Part shown: one piece after another, positions 1 through 8,226 of the stretch
Position numbering within the stretch: the first letter of the stretch is position 1
Layout: each line of letters opens with the position of its first letter
Source of the DNA: Dehalococcoidia bacterium
GTDB taxonomy: Bacteria; Chloroflexota; Dehalococcoidia; Lucifugimonadales; UBA2985
Length of the DNA stretch: 64,000 nt
Assembly (NCBI GenBank): GCA_015661155.1
Contig: JACVQK010000011.1
Span: 2,963-66,962, forward strand
Direction of reading: 5' to 3'
Program-made: the position numbers and the translations under genes
The notes under the pieces: model-generated
Databases searched by the model: none
The model's input: only the letters and a program-made list of their open reading frames with translations
Told to the model about the DNA's origin: nothing

Positions 1-184
1 CGTAGTAGCGGTGTCCCGGATAGCCTTCGGCGTACTTGTTGGTCAGGTGGGACCCCTGAGCCTCCAGCACCGCCCGGCTGGCGAAGTTCTCCGAGGCGAT
101 GAGAACAATGCTCCGCCGTTGTCTGTCAGCTTCTTTGTCAATTGCCAGGGCCACTTCCGGGTCCCTGTCCGCCAAGACACCCAT
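1..184 (-). CDS. glyA: serine hydroxymethyltransferase, first 61 codons only (gene continues past the left edge)
   Basis: Absent from the ORF track because it has no stop in the window. The reverse-strand ATG at 184-182 lies 5 nt after AAGGAG. The translation [61 protein letters not shown] carries the conserved SHMT N-terminal motif ([23 protein letters not shown]). Confidence 0.85.
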   Translation of the reverse strand, partial: MGVLADRDPEVALAIDKEADRQRRSIVLIASENFASRAVLEAQGSHLTNKYAEGYPGHRYY

Positions 185-329
185 TGGATCTCCTTATCCT
201 CACTCTGGAAGGTCTCAATCCCGGGGAGAGCTATACTGCCGTAGCCCTCCTCAGGTAGACCAGATTGCTCTTCGTGACCCGTATATGCTGTATATGGAAG
301 AGACGGGCGCACCACTGCTCTTGCTGTGG

Positions 330-561
330 CCTAGCAGGCTGATGAAAAAGGGGGAGCGCAGAGGGGCGCAGCCCCTTTGCCGGGGGTCTGGGGGTGTCCC
401 CCACTGGGCGTGGCCCAGACCCACATCTCACAAACCCTGATTTCAGCCTGCCGCCCATGAATACCTCTGAAGAGTGTGGGTGCAGGGCTTGCCCTGCCCC
501 CTTCCTGGCCAGGAAGGGGGCCAGGGGGATGGTCGAAAGGGTTTTTTCAACACCCTGCTAG
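330..561. repeat. family-A modular palindromic intergenic repeat, copy A1
   Basis: Module names used for all A copies: P1 CCCCCTTCCTGGCCAGGAAGGGGG; P2 GTCTGGGGGTGTCCCCCAGAC; P3 AGGGGCGAAGCCCCT; P4 CTGGGCTTAGCCCAG; P5 GTGTGGGTGCAGGGC..GCCCTGCACCCACAC; T, the terminal arm GATGGTCGAAAGGGTTTTTCAACACCCTGCTAG. A1 reads P3-P2(half)-P4-P5-P1-T and is bounded by inverted CTAGCAGG..TG / CA..CCTGCTAG ends. Confidence 0.85.
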
Positions 562-649
562 TTTAGGCAATACCCCTGGGCCTGTCAACGGTAGGGAGCG
601 GCCGAGCGCCGATAGCAGTCTGTTGTGAGAGGTCTTCCCAGGGGTTGTC

Positions 650-1216
650 CTACATCGGCTCCGACTCCAGGAGGCCATAGCCTCCGTTTACGCGGCGATA
701 GAGGACATTGTACTCACCGCTGGCGCTGTTGAAGAAGAAGAAGAAACCGTGGCCCAGGAACTCTATCTGGTCGATAGCCTCTTCCACGGACATGGGATTC
801 ATGGGGAACCTTTTCATCCGGACAACTCCTTGAGCCGCCAGGGGGTCTTCCTCTCCTCCTTCCTCTGGGGCCGTGGGCGCCATGGATGAGGTTCTCACGG
901 ACTCCCTGGACTGCTCACTTCTGTACAGCTTGCCCTTGAGCCTGTCCACCCTCCGGTCCAGGACCTCGACCACAGCGTCGATGGCGGCGTTTATGGTGGG
1001 AGCCCTCTCCTCACCCCGGAGGATGGTCCCGCTGCAGTTCAGGGTTACCTGGGCCACTATCCTTTCTTGCTGGGAGCGGGTGCTCTCCCTGGTCAGCTCC
1101 ACATCGACCTGGCCTATGTTGCTGATGTGGCGGCTCAGCCGGTCCAGCTTCTTGACGATGTAGCTTCTGGTCTCCTCGGAGATTCCGAGGTTCTTTCCCC
1201 GTATTACTGGTTCCAT
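650..1216 (-). CDS. hpf: ribosome hibernation promoting factor, long form
   Basis: Starts at internal Met17 of ORF 650..1264 (ATG 1216-1214 behind AGAGGA). The upstream codons lie in repeat A2. It has an S30AE/HPF N-domain (RGKNLGISEETRSYIVKKLDRL...) and the long-HPF C-terminal dimerisation domain (RFPMNPMSVEEAIDQIEFLGHGFFFF.N..SGEYNVLYRR..GGYGL). Confidence 0.9.
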   Translation of the reverse strand: MEPVIRGKNLGISEETRSYIVKKLDRLSRHISNIGQVDVELTRESTRSQQERIVAQVTLNCSGTILRGEERAPTINAAIDAVVEVLDRRVDRLKGKLYRSEQSRESVRTSSMAPTAPEEGGEEDPLAAQGVVRMKRFPMNPMSVEEAIDQIEFLGHGFFFFFNSASGEYNVLYRRVNGGYGLLESEPM

Positions 1217-1240
1217 TCTTCCTCTTTCAGCGTGAAGATG

Positions 1241-1400
1241 GCAGGGCGTGCCCTGCACCCACACCCAACTGTTACTGCGCTGGTCTGACCATGCTCTACG
1301 GTTCGTCAGGTGTGGGTCTGGGCCAAGCCCAGTCTGGGGAACACCCTCAGACCCCCGGCAGGGGCTTCGCCCCCTGCACCCCCCTTTGTTGATCTAATAG
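1241..1400. repeat. family-A repeat, copy A2
   Basis: Order P5-P4-P2-P3, inverted relative to A1, with no P1 or T. The sequence reads gcagggcgtgccctgcacccacac ... tgtgggtctgggccaagcccagtctgggg ... ggggcttcgcccc. Confidence 0.8.
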
Positions 1401-1478
1401 CACGATCGGTTACATTCTATTTCAACACGGGGTTTCCTTCAATGGAATCCCCTTGGATGTCGGCGCAAACCCTCCCTT

Positions 1479-2237
1479 TCACACTCCCGAGGGGGGCTCG
1501 CCCCGGAGAAGGCCGTGGGAACGGCTCAACGGCTCTCGGGCCAGGGTCACACCCCATACGGAGGCGGCCCCTGCTTCCTTGAGGGCCATGGCGCAGGACT
1601 CCAGGGTAGCGCCTGTGGTGCAAACATCGTCAACAACCGCCACCGCCATTCCTTCCACCAGGGAGGGGTGCAGGCAGCGAAAGGCGTCCCGAACGTTGGC
1701 CCTCCTCTCCTCCGCTCCGGGGCTCTTGACCTGGGGGGACGTGTCTTTTATGCGAGAGAGGGCATGGGGAATCACCGGAAGTCCAAGGCTCTTCCCAGCC
1801 TCTCGGGCGAGGAGGCATGCCTGATTGTACCCCCGCTGCCTCTCGCGCCGCCGGTGCAGGGGCACCGGCACCAGGGCTGTGACGGGCACCGCTTGTGAGA
1901 TCAGAGAGTCTGCCAGGAGCGCTCCCAGGAGGGGAGCCAGGGTCCGGAGGTTGTAGTACTTCAGGCGGTGGACGGCCTCTCTGATCGCTCCCTCCATGAG
2001 AAAGGGAGCCCGTATGCCATCTATGGCCAGGGGCGACGCCATGCATCGCTGGCACGTATCGCCGTAGGAGATGGGCTGGGCGCAGCGCAGACAGTAGGGA
2101 GGAGGCAGGTGAGAAAGGGAGGCACGGCAAGGGGAGCAAAGGAGCTGCCCATCCTTATCGCAGCCCACGCACCTGGGAGGAAAGAGCAGGTCCAGGGACG
2201 CCGACGCCAGGCGTGGGACGCCTTTTAGCAGATTCAA
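1479..2237 (-). CDS. comF: ComF family protein (phosphoribosyltransferase-type competence protein)
   Basis: Full ORF with a TTG start. The N-terminus has zinc-ribbon cysteine pairs (PPRCVGC..CSPC, CLRC..CQRC). The C-terminus has the PRTase motif VAVVDDVCTTGATL. Confidence 0.85.
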   Translation of the reverse strand: MNLLKGVPRLASASLDLLFPPRCVGCDKDGQLLCSPCRASLSHLPPPYCLRCAQPISYGDTCQRCMASPLAIDGIRAPFLMEGAIREAVHRLKYYNLRTLAPLLGALLADSLISQAVPVTALVPVPLHRRRERQRGYNQACLLAREAGKSLGLPVIPHALSRIKDTSPQVKSPGAEERRANVRDAFRCLHPSLVEGMAVAVVDDVCTTGATLESCAMALKEAGAASVWGVTLAREPLSRSHGLLRGEPPSGV

Positions 2238-2310
2238 CTTTCGCTCCCTCTTTCAGTGTGCTAAGATTACCCCTGCAATAGATGTTACCGCAAGAGGGGT
2301 TGCCTTTGCC

Positions 2311-3033
2311 ATGATCAGGGCCGTCTTCTTCGATTTCTACAACACCCTGGCCCGCTTCCATCCGCCAAGAGAGGAGCTTCAGGCCGTTGCCTGCGGGCAG
2401 TTCGGCATCCGCACCTCCCCCAGGAACATAACCCGCGGGTACTTTCTGGCCGATGCCTTTATGGCCAGGGAGGTGGCTCGCCTCCCCCTGCGGGAGCGGG
2501 CTCCCCGAGACCGGAGGGATTTCTTCGCCCAGTACCAGCGCCTCATCCTCCAGGGAGCCGGGGTACAGGTATCCCTGAACACAGCGGCGGAGATCTTCGA
2601 CCGCCTTGGACAGATCTCCTATGACTACGCCCTTTTTGAGGACGTCTCACCAACCCTGGATGCCCTCAAGGGAAAGGGGCTTAAATTGGGTCTCATCTCC
2701 AACATCGGAGGGGACATGGAGAAGGTGTGTGAAAACCTTGGGCTCGCGAAGTACCTGGACTTCGTCATAACCTCTCAGGACGTAAGCTCGGAGAAACCCC
2801 ACCCGGCCATCTTCCTGGAGGCTCTGAGGAGGGCCCAGGTGGAGCCCCAGGAGGCTATGCATGTGGGCGACCAGTACGAGTCCGACGTGAAGGGAGCCAT
2901 GGCTGTGGGCATTCACCCTGTGCTCCTGGATAGGGACGGCATGAGCACCCGGGTGCAGGAGTGCCCGCGCATCGAGGGTTTGATGGAGCTCTTGGAGCTG
3001 GTGCGGATGACCTCAGAGGTGGAGGTGCCTTAG
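2311..3033 (+). CDS. HAD family hydrolase, haloacid-dehalogenase-like subfamily IA
   Basis: Motif I is FFDFYNTL (the DxYxT variant seen in haloacid-dehalogenase-type HADs). The later motifs are LISN, K at SSEKPHP and VGDQYESDV. Confidence 0.8.
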   Translation: MIRAVFFDFYNTLARFHPPREELQAVACGQFGIRTSPRNITRGYFLADAFMAREVARLPLRERAPRDRRDFFAQYQRLILQGAGVQVSLNTAAEIFDRLGQISYDYALFEDVSPTLDALKGKGLKLGLISNIGGDMEKVCENLGLAKYLDFVITSQDVSSEKPHPAIFLEALRRAQVEPQEAMHVGDQYESDVKGAMAVGIHPVLLDRDGMSTRVQECPRIEGLMELLELVRMTSEVEVP

Positions 3034-3040
3034 AGCCAAG

Positions 3041-3206
3041 CTAGACTATTATGTCAACATAGGGGTGCAGGGGGGTGAAGCCCCCGTCGGGGGTCTGGGG
3101 GTGTCCCCCAGACTGGGCTTCGCCCAGACCCACGCCTCACAGACCCTGAATTCAGCTTGCCTATGAATGCCACTAAAGAGTGTGGGTGCAGGGCTCGCCC
3201 TGCTCA
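3041..3206. repeat. family-A repeat, copy A3
   Basis: Order P3-P2-P4-P5 (P5 truncated). It starts at CTAG 3041 and ends just before the AGGAGG RBS of the ABC ATPase gene. Confidence 0.8.
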
Positions 3207-3216
3207 GGAGGAATCG

Positions 3217-3918
3217 ATGGAGCAACTCATCATCAAGGCCACGGGCATCTACAAGACCTACAACACAGGCAAGATAGAGGTGCACGCCCTCAGGGGCGTT
3301 GACCTGGCGGTCCGACGGGGGGAGATGGTGGCTATCATGGGGCCTTCCGGCTGCGGCAAGACGACGCTCCTCAACACCCTGTCGGGGCTCGATGACATCA
3401 ACCAGGGTGAGGTGATAATCGACGGTGCTCCCCTTCACACCATGTCGGACAGGAAGCGCACCCAGTACCGGGCCGAGAAGATGGGCTTTATCTTCCAGGC
3501 CTTCAACCTGCTGCCGGTGCTGAGCGCCGTGGAGAACGTGGAGCTCCCCTTGCTGCTGACGGGGGTGAAGTCGGGTCATGCCCGGCGGCGCGCGCTGGAG
3601 ACCCTGGCCCTGGTGGGTCTGGACGGGGAGGCGCCCAAGCGCCCCGCGGAGATGTCCGGCGGCCAGCAGCAGAGGGTGACCATAGCCCGGGCCCTGGTGA
3701 ACGAACCCGCCATTGTGTGGGCCGACGAGCCTACGGGAAATTTGGACAGCGAGACCTCTAACGAGATCATGGATGTGCTGTGCCGGATGAACAAGGAGAA
3801 AGGGCAGACCTTTGTGGTGGTCACCCACGACCTCGCCGTAGGCCACAGGGCGGACCGTATCGTGCATATGCGGGATGGTGTCATCGAGAGCGACCAGGCC
3901 AACCACGGGAGTAGATAA
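3217..3918 (+). CDS. ABC transporter ATP-binding protein (MacB/LolD-like)
   Basis: Walker [10 protein letters not shown], signature MSGGQQQRV, Walker [10 protein letters not shown] moved the start to ATG 3217 (5 nt after AGGAGG) because the first 20 track codons lie inside repeat A3. Confidence 0.9.
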   Translation: MEQLIIKATGIYKTYNTGKIEVHALRGVDLAVRRGEMVAIMGPSGCGKTTLLNTLSGLDDINQGEVIIDGAPLHTMSDRKRTQYRAEKMGFIFQAFNLLPVLSAVENVELPLLLTGVKSGHARRRALETLALVGLDGEAPKRPAEMSGGQQQRVTIARALVNEPAIVWADEPTGNLDSETSNEIMDVLCRMNKEKGQTFVVVTHDLAVGHRADRIVHMRDGVIESDQANHGSR

Positions 3919-6884
3919 TGGAAAAGCTGTTTGGTGTGCCCATCAATCAACTCATGGTCGCTCTACTGATCATCTTCGGCCTTGGGGTCGCCGCCATGGC
4001 CGTGGTTGCCCTGCAAAACCGGGTGATGCTCAAGATGGCGATGCGCAACATCCCCCGTCGCCGGGCGCAGACGGCCCTCATTGTGCTGGGGCTGATGCTG
4101 GCCACTCTGCTCTTTTCCGCCTCCTTCGCCACCGGGGATACCCTGTCTCATAGCATACGGGTCACCGCGGTGAGCAGGCTTGGACAGGTGGACATGGTGG
4201 TGAGGGAAGAGGCGCGAGCGGCGTCGGGCCGGATGGCCTACTTCGATGAGACCTATTTTGAGACGGTTCGGGAGCACCTATCGGTGGTGCCTGAGGTGGA
4301 GGGCATTGCGCCTCTGGCCTCCGAGACCACTCCAATACTGGCGCCGGCCACCCGCCAGAGCGAGCCCCAGGTGGATATCCTCGGCTATGACGAGGAGTGG
4401 ATGGGTGGATTTGACCGCCTGGTGGACGGAGAAGGGAACACCCTGTCTATCAGTGCCCTGGCCCCAGGCCAGGTGTACGTGAGCAGCGAGATCGCCCGGA
4501 AGCTGGAGGTGGGCACGGGCGATACCCTGGAGATGTTCCTGGGTGCGCAGCCCACCGCTCTGGAGGTGGCGGGCGTGTACCAGAAGGGGGCCAACCCCGC
4601 CGGGGAGCTCTCCCTGGTGATGCCCCTTGCCCGGCTCCAGGCGCTGACGGGCAACGAGGGGCGCATCAATGAAATCCTTATCAGCAATCGGGGCGGCGCT
4701 ATTTCTGGCGCGGCCCACACCGACGTGGTCACGTCCAGCCTTGAACCGCTGTTGAAGGGGAGCGGGCTTGAGGCCGACCCGGTGAAGCAGGACACCCTGC
4801 AGCAGGCCGAGCAGGTGGGCAGCATGTTCTCCAGCATCTTCCTCCTCTTCGGGCAGTTCTCCATCGCCGCGGGGATTCTGCTCATCTTCCTCATCTTCAT
4901 CATGCTGGCCGCGGAGCGGAAAAGGGAGCTGGGCATCGCCCGGGCCGTGGGCGCGCAGCAGGGCCACGTGGTACGCATGTTCGCTCTAGAGGGGGCCGCC
5001 TATGCCCTCATGGCCGCGGCCGTGGGCAGCCTCCTGGGAGTGCTGGTGGGATGGGGAATGGTCCGTATCCTAGCCGTGGCCTTTGGACAGAGGAGTCTGG
5101 AGCTGACCTTCGCCTTCAGCTGGCGCAGCGTGGTCATCGCCTATACCCTGGGAATGGTGTTCACCTTCGCGGTGGTGCTGGTCTCCTCCTGGCGGGTGAG
5201 CCGCCTCAACATCGTGCGGGCCATAAGGGACATTCCAGAGCCGCGCATCGACAGGAGAAGCCTCAAGGGCCTGATTCTAACCATACTACTGTCCCTGGCG
5301 GGAGTCCTCCTGGCGGGTCTTGGCCTCCAGAGTAAGCAGTTGGGGCCTTTCATGCTGGGGGTATCTCTGGTAATCATCGGCGTGCCTTTGCTGGCCCGGC
5401 GCCTGGGCCTGCCAGACCGGGCCACCTTTACCGCAGCAGGGCTGGGACTGGTGGTCTGGTGGCTTCTTCCTGCCTCTGTGTTGGACCCCATCCTGCCGGA
5501 GATGAAGATGGGCATAGAGATGTTCTTTCTCTCCGGCATGATGCTAGTTCTAGGAGCGGTGTGGGCCGTCATCTACAACTCGGACCTGCTGCTGAGGGCC
5601 ATGGTGCTGCTCTTCGGGCGCATACGGGGTCTGCCGCCGGTGCTCAAGACCGCCGTCTCCTACCCAATGCAGAACCGGTTCCGCACCGGCGTGACCCTGG
5701 CCATGTTCTCCCTGGTGGTGTTCACCCTCATGGTGATGGCCTTCATCATCCACTCCATGGCCGGGATGTTTGAGGACACGGAGCGATTAGCCGGTGGCTT
5801 CCATGTCCGGGCCGCCACCAGCTACGCAAACCCCATCCCGGACATCCAGGCCGCCCTGCAAGAGGTCAAGGACGTGCCTCCGGGCGACATCCTGGCTGTG
5901 GGAAGCCTTGCCGGGGCCAGGGTGGAGATGAAGCAGCTCTCTACCAACCAGGAGTTCGCGGACTTCTACCTCCAGGGCGTGGACAAGGGCTACACCGACA
6001 CCGTCACCTACAAGTTCACCATGACGGCGGAGGGCTACAGCTTGCCCAGGGGGGTGTGGCAGGCCCTTCAGGAAGAGCCGGGAACCGCGGTGGTCTCCTC
6101 CTACCTGGTGCCCACGAAGACCAACTACAACGTGGGTGGGTTTACCCCCCCCCTCCGCCTAGAGGGGTTCTGGCTGGGGGACGAGACCATTCCGGAGGTG
6201 TACATTCAGGCCCGGGACCCCCGCACCGGGAAGGAGCAGAGCCTTCGGGTCATCGGGGTGCTGACCGTGACCGCCGTCTACGCCGAGGGCGTGATCACCT
6301 CTCAGGACACATTGAACGCCCTGCTTTCTCAGCCAGTGCCTTCCCAGGCATACATGCTCCGGCTCAAGGCAGGGGTGGACGCCCTATCCACGGCCAGGGC
6401 CCTTGAGGCGAGCTTCTTGCGGAACGGGATGCAGGCGGAGGCGCTGGCGGAGGAGATTCGCAAGGGCGGCAGCACGTCGGTGATGATAAACAACCTGCTT
6501 CAGGGTTTCATGAGCCTGGGCCTGGTGGTGGGCATCGCCGCCCTGGGGGTCATCGCCGCCCGCTCCGTGGTGGAGCGCCGGCAGCAGATCGGGGTGCTGC
6601 GGGCCCTGGGCTTCCAGAAGAGCATGGTGCAGCTCTCCTTTCTGCTGGAGTCCTCCTTTATAGCCCTCCTGGGCATCGCCATAGGCATTGCCCTGGGATT
6701 CGGGGTAGCGCCCCAGGTGGTGGACTCGATGGGCACAGACCTGGAGGGCATCACCCTGCGGATACCCTGGCTCAACATCGCGTTGGTGGTGGTGGTTGCC
6801 TACGGGGCCTCGCTCCTCACCACCTACTTGCCGGCGAGGCAGGCGGCCAACATCTACCCCGCGGAGGCGCTGCGGTACGAGTAG
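3918..6884 (+). CDS. ABC transporter permease with two FtsX/MacB-type transmembrane modules
   Basis: 988 aa. The ATG overlaps the ATPase stop (TAATG). Two 4-TM FtsX-like blocks (about aa 300-430 and 860-988) are separated by large extracytoplasmic segments. Confidence 0.85.
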   Translation: MEKLFGVPINQLMVALLIIFGLGVAAMAVVALQNRVMLKMAMRNIPRRRAQTALIVLGLMLATLLFSASFATGDTLSHSIRVTAVSRLGQVDMVVREEARAASGRMAYFDETYFETVREHLSVVPEVEGIAPLASETTPILAPATRQSEPQVDILGYDEEWMGGFDRLVDGEGNTLSISALAPGQVYVSSEIARKLEVGTGDTLEMFLGAQPTALEVAGVYQKGANPAGELSLVMPLARLQALTGNEGRINEILISNRGGAISGAAHTDVVTSSLEPLLKGSGLEADPVKQDTLQQAEQVGSMFSSIFLLFGQFSIAAGILLIFLIFIMLAAERKRELGIARAVGAQQGHVVRMFALEGAAYALMAAAVGSLLGVLVGWGMVRILAVAFGQRSLELTFAFSWRSVVIAYTLGMVFTFAVVLVSSWRVSRLNIVRAIRDIPEPRIDRRSLKGLILTILLSLAGVLLAGLGLQSKQLGPFMLGVSLVIIGVPLLARRLGLPDRATFTAAGLGLVVWWLLPASVLDPILPEMKMGIEMFFLSGMMLVLGAVWAVIYNSDLLLRAMVLLFGRIRGLPPVLKTAVSYPMQNRFRTGVTLAMFSLVVFTLMVMAFIIHSMAGMFEDTERLAGGFHVRAATSYANPIPDIQAALQEVKDVPPGDILAVGSLAGARVEMKQLSTNQEFADFYLQGVDKGYTDTVTYKFTMTAEGYSLPRGVWQALQEEPGTAVVSSYLVPTKTNYNVGGFTPPLRLEGFWLGDETIPEVYIQARDPRTGKEQSLRVIGVLTVTAVYAEGVITSQDTLNALLSQPVPSQAYMLRLKAGVDALSTARALEASFLRNGMQAEALAEEIRKGGSTSVMINNLLQGFMSLGLVVGIAALGVIAARSVVERRQQIGVLRALGFQKSMVQLSFLLESSFIALLGIAIGIALGFGVAPQVVDSMGTDLEGITLRIPWLNIALVVVVAYGASLLTTYLPARQAANIYPAEALRYE

Positions 6885-7003
6885 CCGCGGTGGATCGCGA
6901 AACCCGAAGTCAGATGCAAGAGAGTGCTCCCTTGGCTAACGGCGCAGAGAACGGTGGGGGGGACAGGATAGAAACTGGTAGGGCGGGTGGAGCATAGCCA
7001 GGT

Positions 7004-7029
7004 GGTGGGTTTCCCCCACCCTACGAGAC
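7004..7029. repeat. 26-bp hairpin repeat, left copy flanking the hicBA cassette
   Basis: GGTGGGTTTCCCCCACCCTACGAGAC matches 7621-7646 (GGTGGGTTTCACCCACCCTACGAAAC) at 24 of 26 positions. Stem GGTGGG/CCCACC. It ends on the hicA stop codon. Confidence 0.75.
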
Positions 7030-7265
7030 TACCTCTCCCTTAAGAGAGCCACGAACTCTTCCTGGGTCAGGGCAGCATCTTCCAAAATGCTGGCCAGAAC
7101 TCTTGGATGCAAGATTCGACCGCTGTGATAAGGCACCGTAACACGTCTGCCTGCGGGGTTCTTATAGATTCTGTGGCTGCCACTTTGACGGGATAGCTTG
7201 AAGCTGGCTCTTTCCAGGACACGAATTGCTTCGTCGGCGGTAATCCTGGGCAACCTCCCCGTCAA
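7029..7265 (-). CDS. hicA: type II toxin HicA (mRNA interferase, YcfA family)
   Basis: 78 aa with the HicA signature (..SGSHRIYKNPAGRRVTVPYHSGR.L.P..L..IL). It overlaps hicB by 4 bp. The region is visibly lower in GC than its flanks. Confidence 0.85.
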   Translation of the reverse strand: MTGRLPRITADEAIRVLERASFKLSRQSGSHRIYKNPAGRRVTVPYHSGRILHPRVLASILEDAALTQEEFVALLRER

Positions 7266-7486
7266 ACTGCTACCTCTAGAGTAGAGAGGCTCACCACGTC
7301 TGCGATAGGAATAGGCTCCTTGTTGGCTAGTCTATCCTCGACATGGAGCTTTATGGCATCTTTGATGTTCTCCAGGGCTTCCTCAAAGGTCTGCCCCTGG
7401 GTATAGCAGCCCTGCAACTGGGGGCAAGATACAAAATACCCGTTCTGGTCTTTCTCCATCACCACAGCAAATCGGTAGGTCTTCAC
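7262..7486 (-). CDS. hicB: type II antitoxin HicB (UPF0150 fold)
   Basis: 74 aa. Y.F.VV.EKDQNGYFVSCPQLQGCYTQGQTFEEALENIKDAI..H is the typical HicB N-domain. RBS GGAGAGGAG lies upstream. Confidence 0.85.
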   Translation of the reverse strand: MKTYRFAVVMEKDQNGYFVSCPQLQGCYTQGQTFEEALENIKDAIKLHVEDRLANKEPIPIADVVSLSTLEVAV

Positions 7487-7518
7487 GCCTTGTATCTCCT
7501 CTCCAGGGAACCACGACT

Positions 7519-7527
7519 ATTATAGCA
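7519..7527 (-). promoter_or_regulatory. extended -10 promoter element (TGCTATAAT) for hicBA
   Basis: The reverse strand reads TGCTATAAT about 33 nt upstream of the hicB ATG. The same 9-mer precedes tkt and cmk. No convincing -35 box. Confidence 0.45.
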
Positions 7528-7620
7528 GAGGTTAGCAGAATAAAAGCGCAAAGGAAATGGCCTCCGTAAATAAGTGGGTGCAGCGCAGCGAGACCCACGA
7601 AATCACATGCCAGCCATCAA

Positions 7621-7646
7621 GGTGGGTTTCACCCACCCTACGAAAC
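7621..7646. repeat. 26-bp hairpin repeat, right copy flanking the hicBA cassette
   Basis: See 7004-7029. This copy ends one base before the GNAT stop codon (7648-7650). Confidence 0.75.
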
Positions 7647-7647
7647 C

Positions 7648-8145
7648 TTACCCCTTTATCCACAAGGAAAGGCGTCCTCTTTGACCATCCCACTCCGCAC
7701 CCCTCTGTACAAATCCAGCCTTGGCGAGCGTTCTTTTCATCCGGCAATTATCGGTCGTGGCAAACAACCCACCTGTATGTTTCGATAGAAGCGCGGCCAC
7801 GATGCAAGGAGCAAGACCTTTCCCCCGATGGTTGGGGTCTACGGCGACATAACCAAGTTCCGGCGTGTCAGGAGGGAAGGGTTCGCCACTGTGGCCTGCA
7901 ACACCCGAAGCGTACGTACGGCGGACCCGCTTGATCGCGCCCACTCCGACAACATCCCTTCCACTGCGCACAACCACCAGCACTCTCCCCTTAGGTATTT
8001 CTGCTGCCGCTGACTCTGGATCAACCGCGCCGCCATCCCTGATTATGGCAAGGCATGCCGCCAGATCCGCTTTCGACAACTCGCCAGGAGTGCACGCTGC
8101 CACCTCATAAACTCCTGTTCCACCATCTTTCGGTTTGTCAGCCAT
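7648..8145 (-). CDS. GNAT family N-acetyltransferase
   Basis: 165 aa. The acetyl-CoA-binding core is YVAVDPNHRGKGLAPCIVAALL (Q/RxxGxG/A type). Confidence 0.8.
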   Translation of the reverse strand: MADKPKDGGTGVYEVAACTPGELSKADLAACLAIIRDGGAVDPESAAAEIPKGRVLVVVRSGRDVVGVGAIKRVRRTYASGVAGHSGEPFPPDTPELGYVAVDPNHRGKGLAPCIVAALLSKHTGGLFATTDNCRMKRTLAKAGFVQRGAEWDGQRGRLSLWIKG

Positions 8146-8226
8146 ACTCTTCTCCTACCGTTGCTCCTTCATAACCAGTTTGAGGCGACAACCTTCCTCT
8201 ACTGTTGTACCGTTGTCAAAGGCCCC

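Noticed and set aside
7648-8145. The GNAT gene next to hicBA as a possible GNAT-type toxin (TacT/AtaT-like) of a second toxin-antitoxin pair.
   Set aside because: There is no small RHH/DUF1778-type antitoxin ORF upstream or overlapping it. The gene simply follows mfd on the same strand, so a generic acetyltransferase is the safer call.
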